Assembly: GCA_903813345.2 (NCBI GenBank)
Contig: CAIIXF020000001.1
Span: forward strand, 12,400,001-12,464,000
Reading direction: 5' to 3'
DNA: 64,000 nt
DNA from: Owenia fusiformis
Lineage: Eukaryota
The notes beneath the pieces were generated by a model. That model was not told where the DNA came from, did no database searches, and saw nothing but the letters and a program-made list of their open reading frames with translations. The translations under genes were made by a program, and so were the position numbers. Positions 38,901 through 50,674 of the stretch are shown here, piece by piece. Each line of letters starts with the position of its first letter. Positions within the stretch are counted from its first letter, which is position 1.

Positions 38901-39745
38901 AATATATTCCGTCGTTCAATAATGAATTAAGAGAAAATTGTTTCCAAAATTACGGAAGGGACTGTATTTGCATCTAGATTTTCATTTTGTTCACACACAC
39001 CTGAGCAGTGTTTAAGATAAAACAATTACATCCCTCGACGATTTGATGGTCTGCACCGAATTGACGACAGAGACTTCTTGAATTTCCCTTATACAAGTGT
39101 ATTTTATTTTATTTGTGTCGTTTTCTTTTTGAACATTTTGTTGTTTGTTTGTTTGCTTGTTTGTTTTTTGTATATTTGACGTACTACATTATTTGAAGTA
39201 ATATTTGCTATTTCGAGTTTTTTTCGCGTTTTTCAACACGCCACTTAATGCTCTAGCTATCATGAATTCTTAAGTTGTTACTGATTAAGATTTACTCATT
39301 GGAAAGCATGTACATAATTACTGCATTTTGAAATGGAATAACTTATCATCATCGAAGGTTGTATTTAATTGAATAACACTGAGTTTATGATAATCTCGAG
39401 AATAAAATCTGATACAAAATATACTTACTGTGTTGTAATAGATTGACCAGGTTTTGGTATTATAACCGGAGAAACACACCCACTAGGCACAGGAGCAGGT
39501 GGCGTGGGGACTAACTGGCCGGAAACGGGGACCAATTGACCTGGGACTCCTACCGCGGGGACTATATAACCTTGTGAGGCGGGTGGTACTAACGCAGGTA
39601 CGTTGCTGCCAGTTGGTGAAGAAACAAGCGATGAAGATGCAGAATCGAATGTCTGTGTTTCCTTTAAGGGTACATTTGCCTGCACAATCACAGGGTCACC
39701 TTTAAACCTCCTCTCAACCGCCGTATGCTCTTGACTGGGGGGCAT
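26929..39745 (-). CDS. zf-3CxxC zinc-finger protein (receptor-transporting protein RTP / ZAR1-type domain) with Pro-rich N-terminus
   Basis: Exons 39745-39429 (ends CA|gtaagt), 30110-29960 (starts ttttcag|G ATG), 27803-27624, 27093-26929 (TAA). Joined protein: ...MEIVWHGEF...AKVRFSCQQCGHGWTSMKG...KLYGQQCRRCQ...HDKELCQACKDHIC, i.e. three CxxC pairs plus a His, as in zf-3CxxC. The first-exon link spans a 9.3-kb intron and is phase-compatible but inferred. Confidence 0.88.
28974..29677. repeat. 69-bp minisatellite, 10 nearly identical copies plus a partial copy, in a zf-3CxxC intron
   Basis: Unit gactaggtattatgtaggtgggatagaagactatgtattatcatgggcattcaatagaggggggtaga(t/g) starts at 28974, 29043, 29112 ... 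29664. Confidence 0.97.
34405..35290. repeat. Degenerate tandem repeat with core TACAGAGTGGGCTA, interrupted by an inserted element
   Basis: Recurring gagtgggcta/gagtggacta roughly every 45-60 bp on both sides of the 34871-35208 insert. Confidence 0.7.
34871..35208 (+). mobile_element. Non-autonomous hairpin + split-IR element
   Basis: ~100-bp palindrome 34879-34979 with gggccgaaggccc apex, immediately followed by tattattaccacc (34982-34994), whose reverse complement ggtggtaataata ends the element (35196-35208). Confidence 0.8.
36859..37599. mobile_element. Foldback-type MITE with 27-bp TIRs and internal inverted repeats, Kolobok-like
   Basis: aaaggagtggtatcgatatggagaact (36859-36885) / agttctccatatcgataccactccttt (37573-37599). 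Inner inverted pair ~37075-37185 vs ~37265-37370. Confidence 0.85.
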
Positions 39746-41044
39746 TTTTAAATTCAGATCTTTTAAATCACTCGAACTGACCAATGTATAGATATGATGA
39801 CACTCCTTGATTATTTTCAGATCCGAGTGCATATCAGAACTTTCGATAAGCATGACACAATAGTTCGGTGTTGGTATTTCCTTAATTGTTACAAAAGTCT
39901 TCCTGGTCGAGACTAATTTCCTCAATCACGGCAATCCTTATCAAATAAGCTGGTTTAACCTCGTGCTTGATGGCGAAATACTTTATTCTGCGTATCCGAG
40001 CTTTCACTTTCGGTATCCACGTGAATCGATGTCCAATCCAATCATTGATGGGTAGATTCAGATTCTGCAGGCTTTCAGATATAACTTATATACCCATATT
40101 AATAATCATAATCGTCATCAATATCACTGCATTAATGCCTTTATTTGCTTCTATATAAAAAACAAATTGTAGTTGTAATTATTGCATTTCTCGTGTGATT
40201 ATCCATTGAAATTAAACCAGATGATTTAATTTTTGCTAGCTGAAATGATACGTATATATAAATCTATTCAAATATCAGCTGAATATAAAATACAACACAA
40301 TGCTGGTTTGGCATTATGTTGTGGTATGTTGCATTAAATATACTATAGTTGCAGGTAGCTGTCGTGTTTACTTGGCATCAACTTAAAGTTTTTCTAAGAA
40401 TTTGTTCCCTATACGAATTCGCGAACACATAGTTAAACATTAAGCTACTTCATGGTTAATATTTACCATTTCAAAAAATGAAAAATGTTATTCAAACATA
40501 AAATCGAAATTAATCTTGAATACAAAGACTTCAAGTAGAACTGCTCGTCGCGTGTTTGTTTTTCATTTTCTAGGAATCCAAATTTTGATTTTTTTATAAT
40601 AAAAGCATTCTTTATTTCTAATTACAACAAAATATGGGCAATTTATGATTTAATTTACACTAATTGGAAAATGTCACCGTAACATTGACATTAATCGTCA
40701 ACAAATTGTCAACTCAAATTGTAAATATTGTCAAAATTGTAAATTTGAATTGTAAATATGTACTACAAAAGGTATGTTCAACGTCTACATGTACTTGAAA
40801 CAAATCTGATCAAAATACACAAAAATGAGCATGTTAGAACCCCTCCCTCCTGGGGAAGAATAAGGAGAACATTCGAATCACGTCGTTGATTTACAATACA
40901 TGAGACCTTAAGAATGGATGCATGTAAGCAACACGATTAATTCATATAGTATTCTACGAAATATATTCACAACCTGACTTCATAATACATAAATGTGACA
41001 AACTTGATAAATAACACAACAAAAGGTATGCACGCGTTCAATTT

Positions 41045-41299
41045 GAAGCAGGAAGTAAATTTTTCTATTGGCTGTTAGGCTGACCCAGCCCTAAATTCTT
41101 TTAAGTTTGATTCCTTGAAACCAAATTTATAAAGACATACATAAATGGCTAAATATTTACTATTTACTAATAAACACATCTGGTTAGTATATAGGTATTT
41201 TAGAACTATAACTTTATACTCAGAACTTGGCATATCTGTTACGATAACGTCCGTTAACGAAACATTCACAAACTCTTCTAATATGGCGGAAAGGTAAAT
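41045..41299 (+). promoter_or_regulatory. Candidate promoter and short first exon on the + strand
   Basis: ETS-like caggaagt (~41049), reverse CCAAT (attggc ~41066), YY1-like aatatggcgg (41280-41289), then donor AAG|gtaaat at 41293/41294. Confidence 0.4.
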
Positions 41300-42914
41300 T
41301 TTTTGCTCAACAAAGTTTGTTTTTCAGTGCTGAAATAAAGAGATAATAATTTCAAAAAGCTTCCGATCTCTTGGCTGATTCTGATATGTACAGGGTGACC
41401 CAAATATCAGGCCCTGTCATTTTGGAACAACTTTTAGTTTGCCTTTTGTCAACCTGTAGCCAATGATGCAATGTGACCAGGGTTCGACCTCGGTTCAGGG
41501 ACTTTACTTGTTGCTAGAGTACAAACGACTGTACGTGGCTGTACATAGGGCTCATTCTTCTTAGGGATTTCTGAGCCTGTCTTCCAGTGCTATTTGGAAT
41601 TGTAGTAGCCTACTATACATTAACATGTGTAATGCAAACTGTCTTGCATAAAAAAGAGGTGAATAAGTCAATATACAGCAGACATTCATACATGTTATAA
41701 GTCATCCAGGTATTCGTTTGGCGCACCTGTGTCTTCCTAATTACCCCAGGATATATATCCTTCGGGATCGGACTTCATTGCTATTGAAAGAAGTGAAATA
41801 CCCTTGGACCAAGGATGTACACTATTCACCACGGGAGCTGTACCAGTTACGCGTGGTTGATGAACGCACGGGGCTAGGCAAAACGAGAGGGGGGAAATTG
41901 AAATAAACAGAAGTTTTCATCGATGTAGGAATATTTAGTTTCTACAGATTTTTGTACTTGCATTCCATAAGAAATGTCCTTATAGAATACTCATAATGGT
42001 GGTATTTTTCATGATTAAATTAGTGTTCACAGTTCAATTCTGTTCAGTTCTTCTCAATGACAATGATGAAACATTTAGTCACACCCCACTTCAAAAGTTC
42101 TAACGTATACACTAGCCATATGCGCTCCATTTGGGTTTGGTTTGTGGTTACAAGTGACTTTCTTAATTAATTTTAGGTGCGATGATGAAATAAAAGCCGA
42201 TGACAAAAACATCTTATTAAGAAACAATCCTAAAAATAGTTATGGAGACTTTACTTGTATTCACGAATGCAAATAACGTCTACCTGATTAACCTACTATT
42301 TTATGAGCAACTTGTTTATGAAAAATACCTGCCACAATTCCATTCATACTTAAATGGGTTGGTCATAAAATAGTAGTTTGATCCGGAAGCCGACAGCCGA
42401 AAGTTGCATTCGCGAATACAAGCTTAGATACGTCGTGAAATCACGGTGAAAACGCAACGTTACGCTGATTAATCATTTAGCTTTGAAAAAAGGGTTGACA
42501 AAGATTGAATATTACCGTTGATGTTTACTGTAAAATGAACTTGATATAATTTTGTAAATGAACGTAAACTAGGGCTGATGCACTTTCGCTTACTCTTCAA
42601 TCGTTCATGGGCAACGGAAATTGACGTTTTAAGAGGAATTTAACTGGCATTTCGAAAACGGATTTATCGAATTATTTTTTTGTAAACCCTGATTTTTCTC
42701 CCGAACTTTTTTTAGCCATCCCAATTTTCCCCAGATTATTTTTTGTGAGGCCCGGTTTTCTTACGATTATTCTTAGCAATAATTCTTAGATTATCCTAAG
42801 ATTTTTTCGAAGTGTAGATTATCTTCCAATTTTTCAGAAAAAACGATTTTCATCCCGATTTTTATTTACTTTCGCTCATGAAATGTAGCCCACCGTTGTT
42901 GTGAAAAATGAAAC

Positions 42915-43285
42915 AAAACAATAAAAAAAAATAAAAATAAAACTCAAAAGGCAAGTCTTTTCTGGGTCAAGGCCAATGGCATGATTTCCTCAAGTCTCTT
43001 CAATTGCTATGCAACCATACTGGGACCGATTCGTGTCGTTCCACTACTGCCCTTGGTGGGGGCTCACTACCATACTGTATGACTCCCGGAGTCTAATAAA
43101 GCTCGTCAGTGGAGGAACCAACCACAGTCTCACAATCTGTCTCCGAAGAGAACCGACCCAAGCCAAGTGCCGGAGGTTGGACCTTCGGACCGGGTGTCCT
43201 GTAGTAGCAATGATCAACGACTCCGTACCTGGGGCTCGAACGCGGGACCTCCGTATCCCACTACGTTCAACTACGTGTCAGAACT
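42915..43285 (-). mobile_element. Probable tRNA-derived SINE
   Basis: On the minus strand, a tRNA-like head with B-box stem-loop ggaggtcccgcGTTCGAgccccagg (~43228-43253), a GC-richer body, and a tail ending in cttgccttttgag followed by a T-rich run. Confidence 0.55.
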
Positions 43286-44782
43286 CTTAAAAAGTAATGT
43301 AGTTGTTATAATTATTTGCTTGAATAAACGTGATACAAACATTTCTTAATTGATTAATCCCATTTAGTTGAAATCGCAGTTTGACTAACGATCAGGTCCT
43401 GAGCAGGAATCCAAAATCCGTACTTCAAGAAGATAATAGGGAGTTTAAGCTTGCATATAAAATCGAAACGCCAACCTATACATATGACCAATCGCCCATA
43501 CACATGCATCGCTTAAATATCTTCCGTTCGCGTTTAGGTTGTGAAAAACATCACAAGCTTAAACTCCCTAAAATGGATTTTGAAGCCCTGCGTACGGAGG
43601 ATGGTCCCATTGGTGTTCGGATTTGTTCGGATACATTATAGTTACTGTACAAAGGACGATCAAGTAAACGCAAACAACTCTTGCAAATGTGTACGGGAGT
43701 TACAAAGTCTGCAAAGTCGATAATGAATGAATCGGGTTCAATGTTTTTTTAACATGATATCAATTTCCAACGATATGATCACGAATATCAATAAAAAGCG
43801 TCCCGGCGTGCGAACCAACATGTTTCAAACATAGAACATTGCATTAACTCTGAAAACAGACTTTGGAACTCGAAGATGCATCAATTGTCAATTTCAAATT
43901 CAAAGCTACAATAGAAACACCTACCACATAGCAGACTCTGCGCGCAGGGTAAAGGAACAGAGAATCATGTTCTCTTTCAAGAAGCGAAGTCAACGAATGC
44001 AAAGGGTGAGTATATTGCTTTTTCGATACTCATACCCACTTTGTCTTGTTTCCTGAGCAAGTGGTATATAAAAGGGGGTCTAGTTGACCAAAATACAATT
44101 GCCAGTTATCACTAATTTAATTGATGGTATTTTAGGGAAGCTTTGTTTCTTACTTATCGTACACTGGAAAAACATTTCACCAAAACAAAATCAATTGAGA
44201 AAATAAAGAAACCATTGTTCGGTGGTATAAATACATTTATTTACGACTACCCGAATTGAAATGTTTGTTTCCAATATTTGCACAACGTAGGATAATTTCT
44301 TGAATAAAATGGTATCATGTCCTCCCTCCATTGTTCCACGATGTTATTTGCCTACTATAGGCTTGTAGTACATCTATTTTCAACAATCAGACTACGATAG
44401 TCATATGTAGACCATCAGTGTGTAGACCGATAGTTAAGTTTTGAAATATATAAAAGCTCATCATTTTTGTTTTATCATTAGTCCATTGTCACTAAAGTAT
44501 AGTTAAATTGTGGCGTAAGAAACTTGATTTCAAATTACAATAACACATTTACATATATATGAGGAAAGTCTTCACATCGAATTCGTTGGTTTCGGTTTTA
44601 AAGAATATTATGCGAAGACGGATGTAGAATAATATTATTCTCAGTTTTATTTTCAGGCCAGCTCATCCTTCAACATCAGCATCACAAATCAAGTAGAATT
44701 GCGAAAACTGACAATCCTCGCCGGCTCGGCTAAGTATCCCATTGGCCAACACGGTGGTTTTTAGAATTGACGAGCACGCCGA

Positions 44783-45556
44783 CTATCTATTGATATCATA
44801 ACTTCTGGCACGTTTGCTGAAGCACATCATGATAGCAGCAATGTAGGTGATAAGTTGAATCCCAGCACAAGCGAATCCGCAACCAATGAGCACAAAGCAA
44901 AACTCAACGTACCACCGTGATATCTGCCTGTAACATCCACTCCTGAAGGCGACTGTTGTAAGTTTCCCAGCCGCGCATACCTCGGAGAATTTGGGTTTAG
45001 GGTTCTTAGGTTTGATACAGCAGGAGATGGGGAATAGTTTCCCAGTATCCTCTGACCATTTGGTCGTGTTAAAATCGTGCACACTGTCCACCCCGCAGCA
45101 ACTATATTGTTTCTGAATGACATTCCAGCCGAAACTCTTACGCTCGGTGAACTTATTGTAAAGGTTGTTATGGAGGGTGGGGTGAATGTTATCCGCCAGA
45201 GCCCGAACGCCGAGCACTCCTACTACCACATATCCCGTCATTACAACCGTCAAAAGACAAAGATAGCCCGCCAGCATCATCCTGCTTTTAATAATCACTC
45301 CACACACTCCATACATGGCAAAGCTCACATGGGTGACGGCCCCTAATAACATGAGGAATATCTGCACGTATGATGCCATAAATTTGCTAACATCGGAATT
45401 TGGCTCAACGACATATCTTTCCAAATTTAACCGTGTTTCATCCAGAAGTCGCCATATTCCTATACCAAGTAGGGCGGCACCGCCAATACTGACCATGAAG
45501 TTCAAAGCATAAAGGATATATTTTCCACATGATGTATGTATAACCGCCCGAGTCAT
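44783..45556 (-). CDS. Tetraspanin family protein, single coding exon
   Basis: 257 aa with four hydrophobic helices, N-terminal CGKYILYALNF, and large-loop motifs IQKQYSCCG, FPISCC and SGCY before TM4. In-frame TAA upstream of the ATG. Confidence 0.93.
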   Translation of the reverse strand: MTRAVIHTSCGKYILYALNFMVSIGGAALLGIGIWRLLDETRLNLERYVVEPNSDVSKFMASYVQIFLMLLGAVTHVSFAMYGVCGVIIKSRMMLAGYLCLLTVVMTGYVVVGVLGVRALADNIHPTLHNNLYNKFTERKSFGWNVIQKQYSCCGVDSVHDFNTTKWSEDTGKLFPISCCIKPKNPKPKFSEVCAAGKLTTVAFRSGCYRQISRWYVEFCFVLIGCGFACAGIQLITYIAAIMMCFSKRARSYDINR

Positions 45557-47270
45557 TTTCCTGTTTTTCCAGAACGAACTTAAAGTACTGTCAAGAGCTT
45601 GTTGATATTGTGTTCTTTGTTGTGAGCAGAATCTAAGATGTTCTGTTCAATCAAGTGTTCACATGGGCTCGTATCCTAAACCTGATATTTGTTGCTCATC
45701 AGTCCGGACGTCTTGTATCTTTCTTGTTCCCTTCACGATTCAGTAGATCTTGTTATTGTTGGTGTCGCATTGTTTGGCGCCATATCCTTTTTCATATAGC
45801 TAATATATATAACGAGTCAATTAATACTTGACATTACCATCTAAGGAAAGGAAATCAGCAATTGTTTTGTTTTTCTTTCATATCCTGTTATAAATTAATT
45901 ACAAACAGTTACGTTAACTTTGTGTATATTCGATGACTCTTAATGTTTATTTCATGATGTTATACAGTATCTTTACTTTTATTCTTCGCGTCCAACTCAG
46001 CTATTCATAGCATTTCGCCACATCTTAATGTTCTCCATTGTCTTGTTGATACAAGTAAATTCAACATTAACATCGGACCAAAACTTGAGAAGAAATCAAT
46101 TATATGTTAGAAGCTCATGAGTCATCCCAATATACCAACAGTTTACTTCTATTATTGATGAACTTTTGCTACCTGGTCACGCAAATGTAGCATCACTTGA
46201 GACGCTGATTTCTAATCCAACGCAATAACTTTAAGCGCTTCGTTTCTTCCTTCGATTTACATTATTCATTTACAATGACATCGTAATTACTAATTATTTT
46301 TTAAATCAGTGTCCTCATAATGTTCGTTTTATTTCTTTATTATATCGTTCTTCTAATTATCACCAAGGTTCGATTTAAAGTAAAACATGCGGCTGGCCTT
46401 TGGCATTAGCATTTTCTTTGACATTTACGACTCTCTATGCAATATACAGTAAAACACATGAATGTCACACTGTGAGGTGATAAAATAAATTGGAGTTTCA
46501 AGTCATTCAACAACACTACGGTAACATGACAGATGTTTCTAATGGTTATTTTCCTCAATGCACCTTTATTACTTTGTGCTGAGGTTTAGTGATCGATTCT
46601 TTTAATTTATTTATGTTATAATTTGAAATAATTAGGAGATGTAATCAAGGAACCGTCCAATCATTTCGTATTCGGTATTACTAATTTTTGATAAACTTGA
46701 ACAAAACCCGTTGTTTTGTAACTTTAAGCAGTGGTGCACTATACACGATGAAGGATTTTATGAAAAATGGTTTCAATAATTCCAACTCAAAGAAATCATA
46801 TTTGATAAAACGCTGACACGTTCGCCCATTAGCTGCATTTGAGAATAAAAATCGTCTTCAACCTAACTCTTGTTATTTGTTTGTCACTTTGTTTATTTGT
46901 TCTTGTTCTCGTTCGTTAATACTAAACATACCTCTCTCTGTCTCTTTGTTAATAAGTTGATTTTCAAAGGTTTCATCTTATCTTGAAGATTAACTTGACC
47001 CCATTCTACACCATTCATTGTCGGCTACTTACTGTTTAGCTAAGATTATTCCTGTTATATACAATACACTTCGTACAACACACCAGGCTTGAGTTCACCA
47101 AGGTTGTTTTTATGCATGTAACTCAGAGGAATAACATAAAAGTCATTTTTGGATATCATTTAGATTGAACAGAAACTTTGCTAAAAGTGATGAATTCCAA
47201 AACGAGGACATAGAAATGTCAACTGAACACCGGCGAAAAGATAAGATAACCTTCTTTTCCAATAACAAAA

Positions 47271-49910
47271 ATGACAGCAAACAAGAAAAAGATAGCTCAA
47301 AATGGCATTTTTACAAATGTGGATTATATGGAATTCGTGATAGGTGGCGCTGCATCTTGTGGGGCCGTCTGCTTCAGTAACCCATTGGAAACTGTTAAGA
47401 CTCGGATGCAATTACAGGGGGAACTGAAGGCAAAGGGACATTATGCAGTCACATACAGGTAGTATTTGTGTATCCTGAATCATCAGCATTTCAAAGATGT
47501 CCTGTCCAATGTATTTCAAGTATACTGCCCAGACTGCCACCACTATTATCAACGTGATCATTGCACCTCTAACTTAAACCATTGCACCACCTCTAACGTG
47601 AATTAGATTATTCGTAATATGATTGCTATTAGTGATGATTTTAGAGTAATTTGTTCTACAATTTGGATTTGAAACTGTTTATAGAATCTTGTTTGAGAGT
47701 GCTTTCTGTTTTCTGTCTACTCCAAGGGAGAGTAAAGGCTGTTGATCCCACAGTGCCAGAGTACCAACACATGATTCTCATGCACCTAGTCGGTCTTTTG
47801 TTGTATGATGTTCTATCATTTTCTTTATACAGGAATGTATTTGATGCATTCATAAAGATTGGACGACATGAGGGATTGAGGTCTCTCCAAAAGGGCCTTT
47901 CCCCTGCATTAGCATATCAGTTATCACTGAACGGCACACGAAGAGGCATATATCAGGTATTTCTCCCACATCGAGAATGATTTTGATTTAGACAGATTTT
48001 TTCATAATTTTATAAATTAGGATAACATGTATTATGTGAACATTAAAACGACTACAATCAATTTTGAATTTTCTGAATATTTTGATTGCTCGTGTAAGAT
48101 ACTTGCATAGATACTATCACCGATCCGTATAATCTATTTTTGGTGCCATATACGTGAAATCAAATTAAACTATAACACATAATTTCTACGTCACCACCAC
48201 AAGTGTTGACATCTTGTCAATATAGTCTCCAACTTTTTTGTGAACGGTGTTCGGCGTTCGGCGTCTGTAACAAATGGTAGACATTTTGCATATTTCGTAT
48301 ATGCCTTGTAATCTTATTTGTTTCTAGGCAATAGTAAGCGCTGGTTTCGTAGAGACCAAACCTGGAGGTGGCACAAACTTGTGGGCTAGTACGATGGCGG
48401 GTGGAGTCGCAGGATGTATTTCAGCGTGTATTTCTAGTCCTTGGTTTATGGTATGGCTTGTTCATTATTCCTTAGATACAGACACATTATCAAATCATAA
48501 TCAGTGATAACATTTAAAAAGTTTTGGCTTGGAAAGTGGTTCCTCTCATAACTATATGTGTTCGTTACCAGTCCTAAATATCTGCATTTCAAATTGTCTA
48601 TCACCTGATCAATTGACATCTTGTGCGTCCTTAATCCCTCATCAGAAATGTAGACGCCATCGACAATGATTGCACGTGTAGCGTGCACTGTAGGGCCGCA
48701 CGTTGTAGCATCTTTGTTCCATTAACAGAGGTGTTACACTTTACAGGTTTTACTGAATAACTATGATTATGTCTTGCGTTGTGATGCCATCTATATTTTG
48801 CCCAGTTCAAGACCCAGTTCCAGAGTGAGGCTGCGTCTGCGATAGCAGTTGGTCACCAACGTCATTACGCTAGTCTCAGACAGGCTGTAGCTCAAGTGGT
48901 CCGAGAACAAGGATTCAAGGTGACTTACCTACTGGATTCATATTTTAAACTTTACGTAAATAAATGCAAAGAAACTTGTATCAACCTTTTTTTAAACACT
49001 TAATAACATTATATTACTACTATGAAGTTAGAGTTTTGCTTTTTTGGGATGCTGGGGATTTTCTTCCTTTCGACATGTTGTACTCAATTGTTTCTTTTCT
49101 TTTTTTCTTTACCCTTGTGTTGAGTCTACATTTCCATTAATTAATATTGAAATCAATTGTTTTCAAGGGGCTATACAGGGGTGCGACTGGCATCACCATA
49201 CGAGTAACATGTGGTTCTGCAGCCGAGATGCCATCTTTTGCCCTCACCAAAGAATTCTTGGACAAATATCAAGTAAATGCAAATTCATTTGAACTTCATA
49301 GAATATTGTGTACTAGTATTGCATTGGGTGAAAATGCGATAATGCTGGTGTATTTATAATAAAATCTAGGCATATACTCGTTTGTCGGGTCTTGAAATCC
49401 AATGATTAAAGAAATACGCTATCTGTGAATATAAAATGTCCAATATTCAAGAACGCTTTAATTCAAATATAAATTATAATTATTCAAATATAAAAATACA
49501 ATCCCTGCTCAGTTGTCCGAAACAGTATTTGAATAAAATATATTTGATTAACTCCATGTTTTCAGATTATGGCTAAAGGTACTTTCATGAACGCGGCAGT
49601 ATCAAGCATCATTAGTGGAATAGCAGTGACTGTAGCAATGTGTCCTTTTGACGTGGTGACAACAAGGCTGTATAACCAGGGGCTGGACGCCAAGGGAAAG
49701 GGACTTCTATATGACAATTTCTTTGATTGTGTATGGAAAATACTCAAACAAGAGGGGCCATTTGGGTTTTATAAAGGATTTGGTGCTCTGTTATTTAGAC
49801 TTGGACCTCATACTTTACTTAGTTTAATGCTCTGGGACGCGATGAGAGTTCGATACAACAGATACAAATTACGTGACCTACCTTCAGAAGAAATCAAAGT
49901 AAAAATTTAA
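47271..49910 (+). CDS. SLC25A35: Mitochondrial carrier, SLC25A34/SLC25A35 (yeast Oac1-like) subfamily, 6 coding exons
   Basis: Exons 47271-47458, 47833-47956, 48328-48450, 48806-48919, 49168-49272, 49566-49910, all phase-consistent. Carrier signatures [40 protein letters not shown]; subfamily-like [23 protein letters not shown]. Confidence 0.92.
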
Positions 49911-50674
49911 AAATGTCTCGTTCGTTCGTTCTCTTATTACGTGTATTCAAATATACATGAATTATTCCACTATACTTTAAGGATATTGTAAACGATTTTA
50001 AGCCATCACAATAAATAAATAGATGTCATGTTTGTTTGGTCATATGCTCAAAAAATAATCAATGCCAATTAAATCCTTTGTTACATGAATTTTTTAAGGT
50101 GTGTCGTCCGACTGACTTCAAGATCCCCAATTTTCGAAAACTCGTTTATAAATGCTATTTGAAGCAGGAACAATTTAGAAACTGAATACAAAATCTGCAA
50201 AGCATTTAATAATAAGGTCAAACGCGGAAGGACAATAGATTATTGCAGAACCCAGCGTAAAAATATGAGCCATAACACTTAACGCATAACACATACCAGT
50301 CATAACACTTTTTTAAATTACACTCCCCTCCATAAGTTTGACAACCTTAGCTCCCTCATTGAACTACGTGTTAAAGCCTCTTTACGTTTGAATTTTTATT
50401 TACTTAACCGGCGATGAGATAACTTGACTTTATTTTTAGACATGAGATAGAGAGAAGTACAAAATATGTTCAATTCTATAGCCTATCCCGGTGCGGATGT
50501 TCGAAAAGCGGGTTGATGACGTCTTGGAATTCCTGCTATATATAAGACAATTTTCATTTTACAAGAATTAATATTTATTGTCATTCCAGTAAAATTATAT
50601 GGGTTTTGACTGTTAGTGAGACTATCCTGACTTGTTTTGTCCCTGAGGTAACATGACCATTCCCCTGAGAAAGA

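Noticed and set aside
39746-39925. N-terminal extension of the 39425-39925 ORF shown in the ORF track
   Set aside because: It starts at a non-ATG codon. ATG 39745 (aaaATGccc) begins the compositionally distinct Pro-rich segment, though upstream in-frame ATGs cannot be excluded.
43215-43285. Possible tRNA gene on the minus strand
   Set aside because: Only a B-box/T-arm-like part is clear. No full cloverleaf could be folded, so a SINE head is the better explanation.
44827-45512. ORFs overlapping the tetraspanin on both strands
   Set aside because: Shadow frames of a real CDS with no recognisable motifs.
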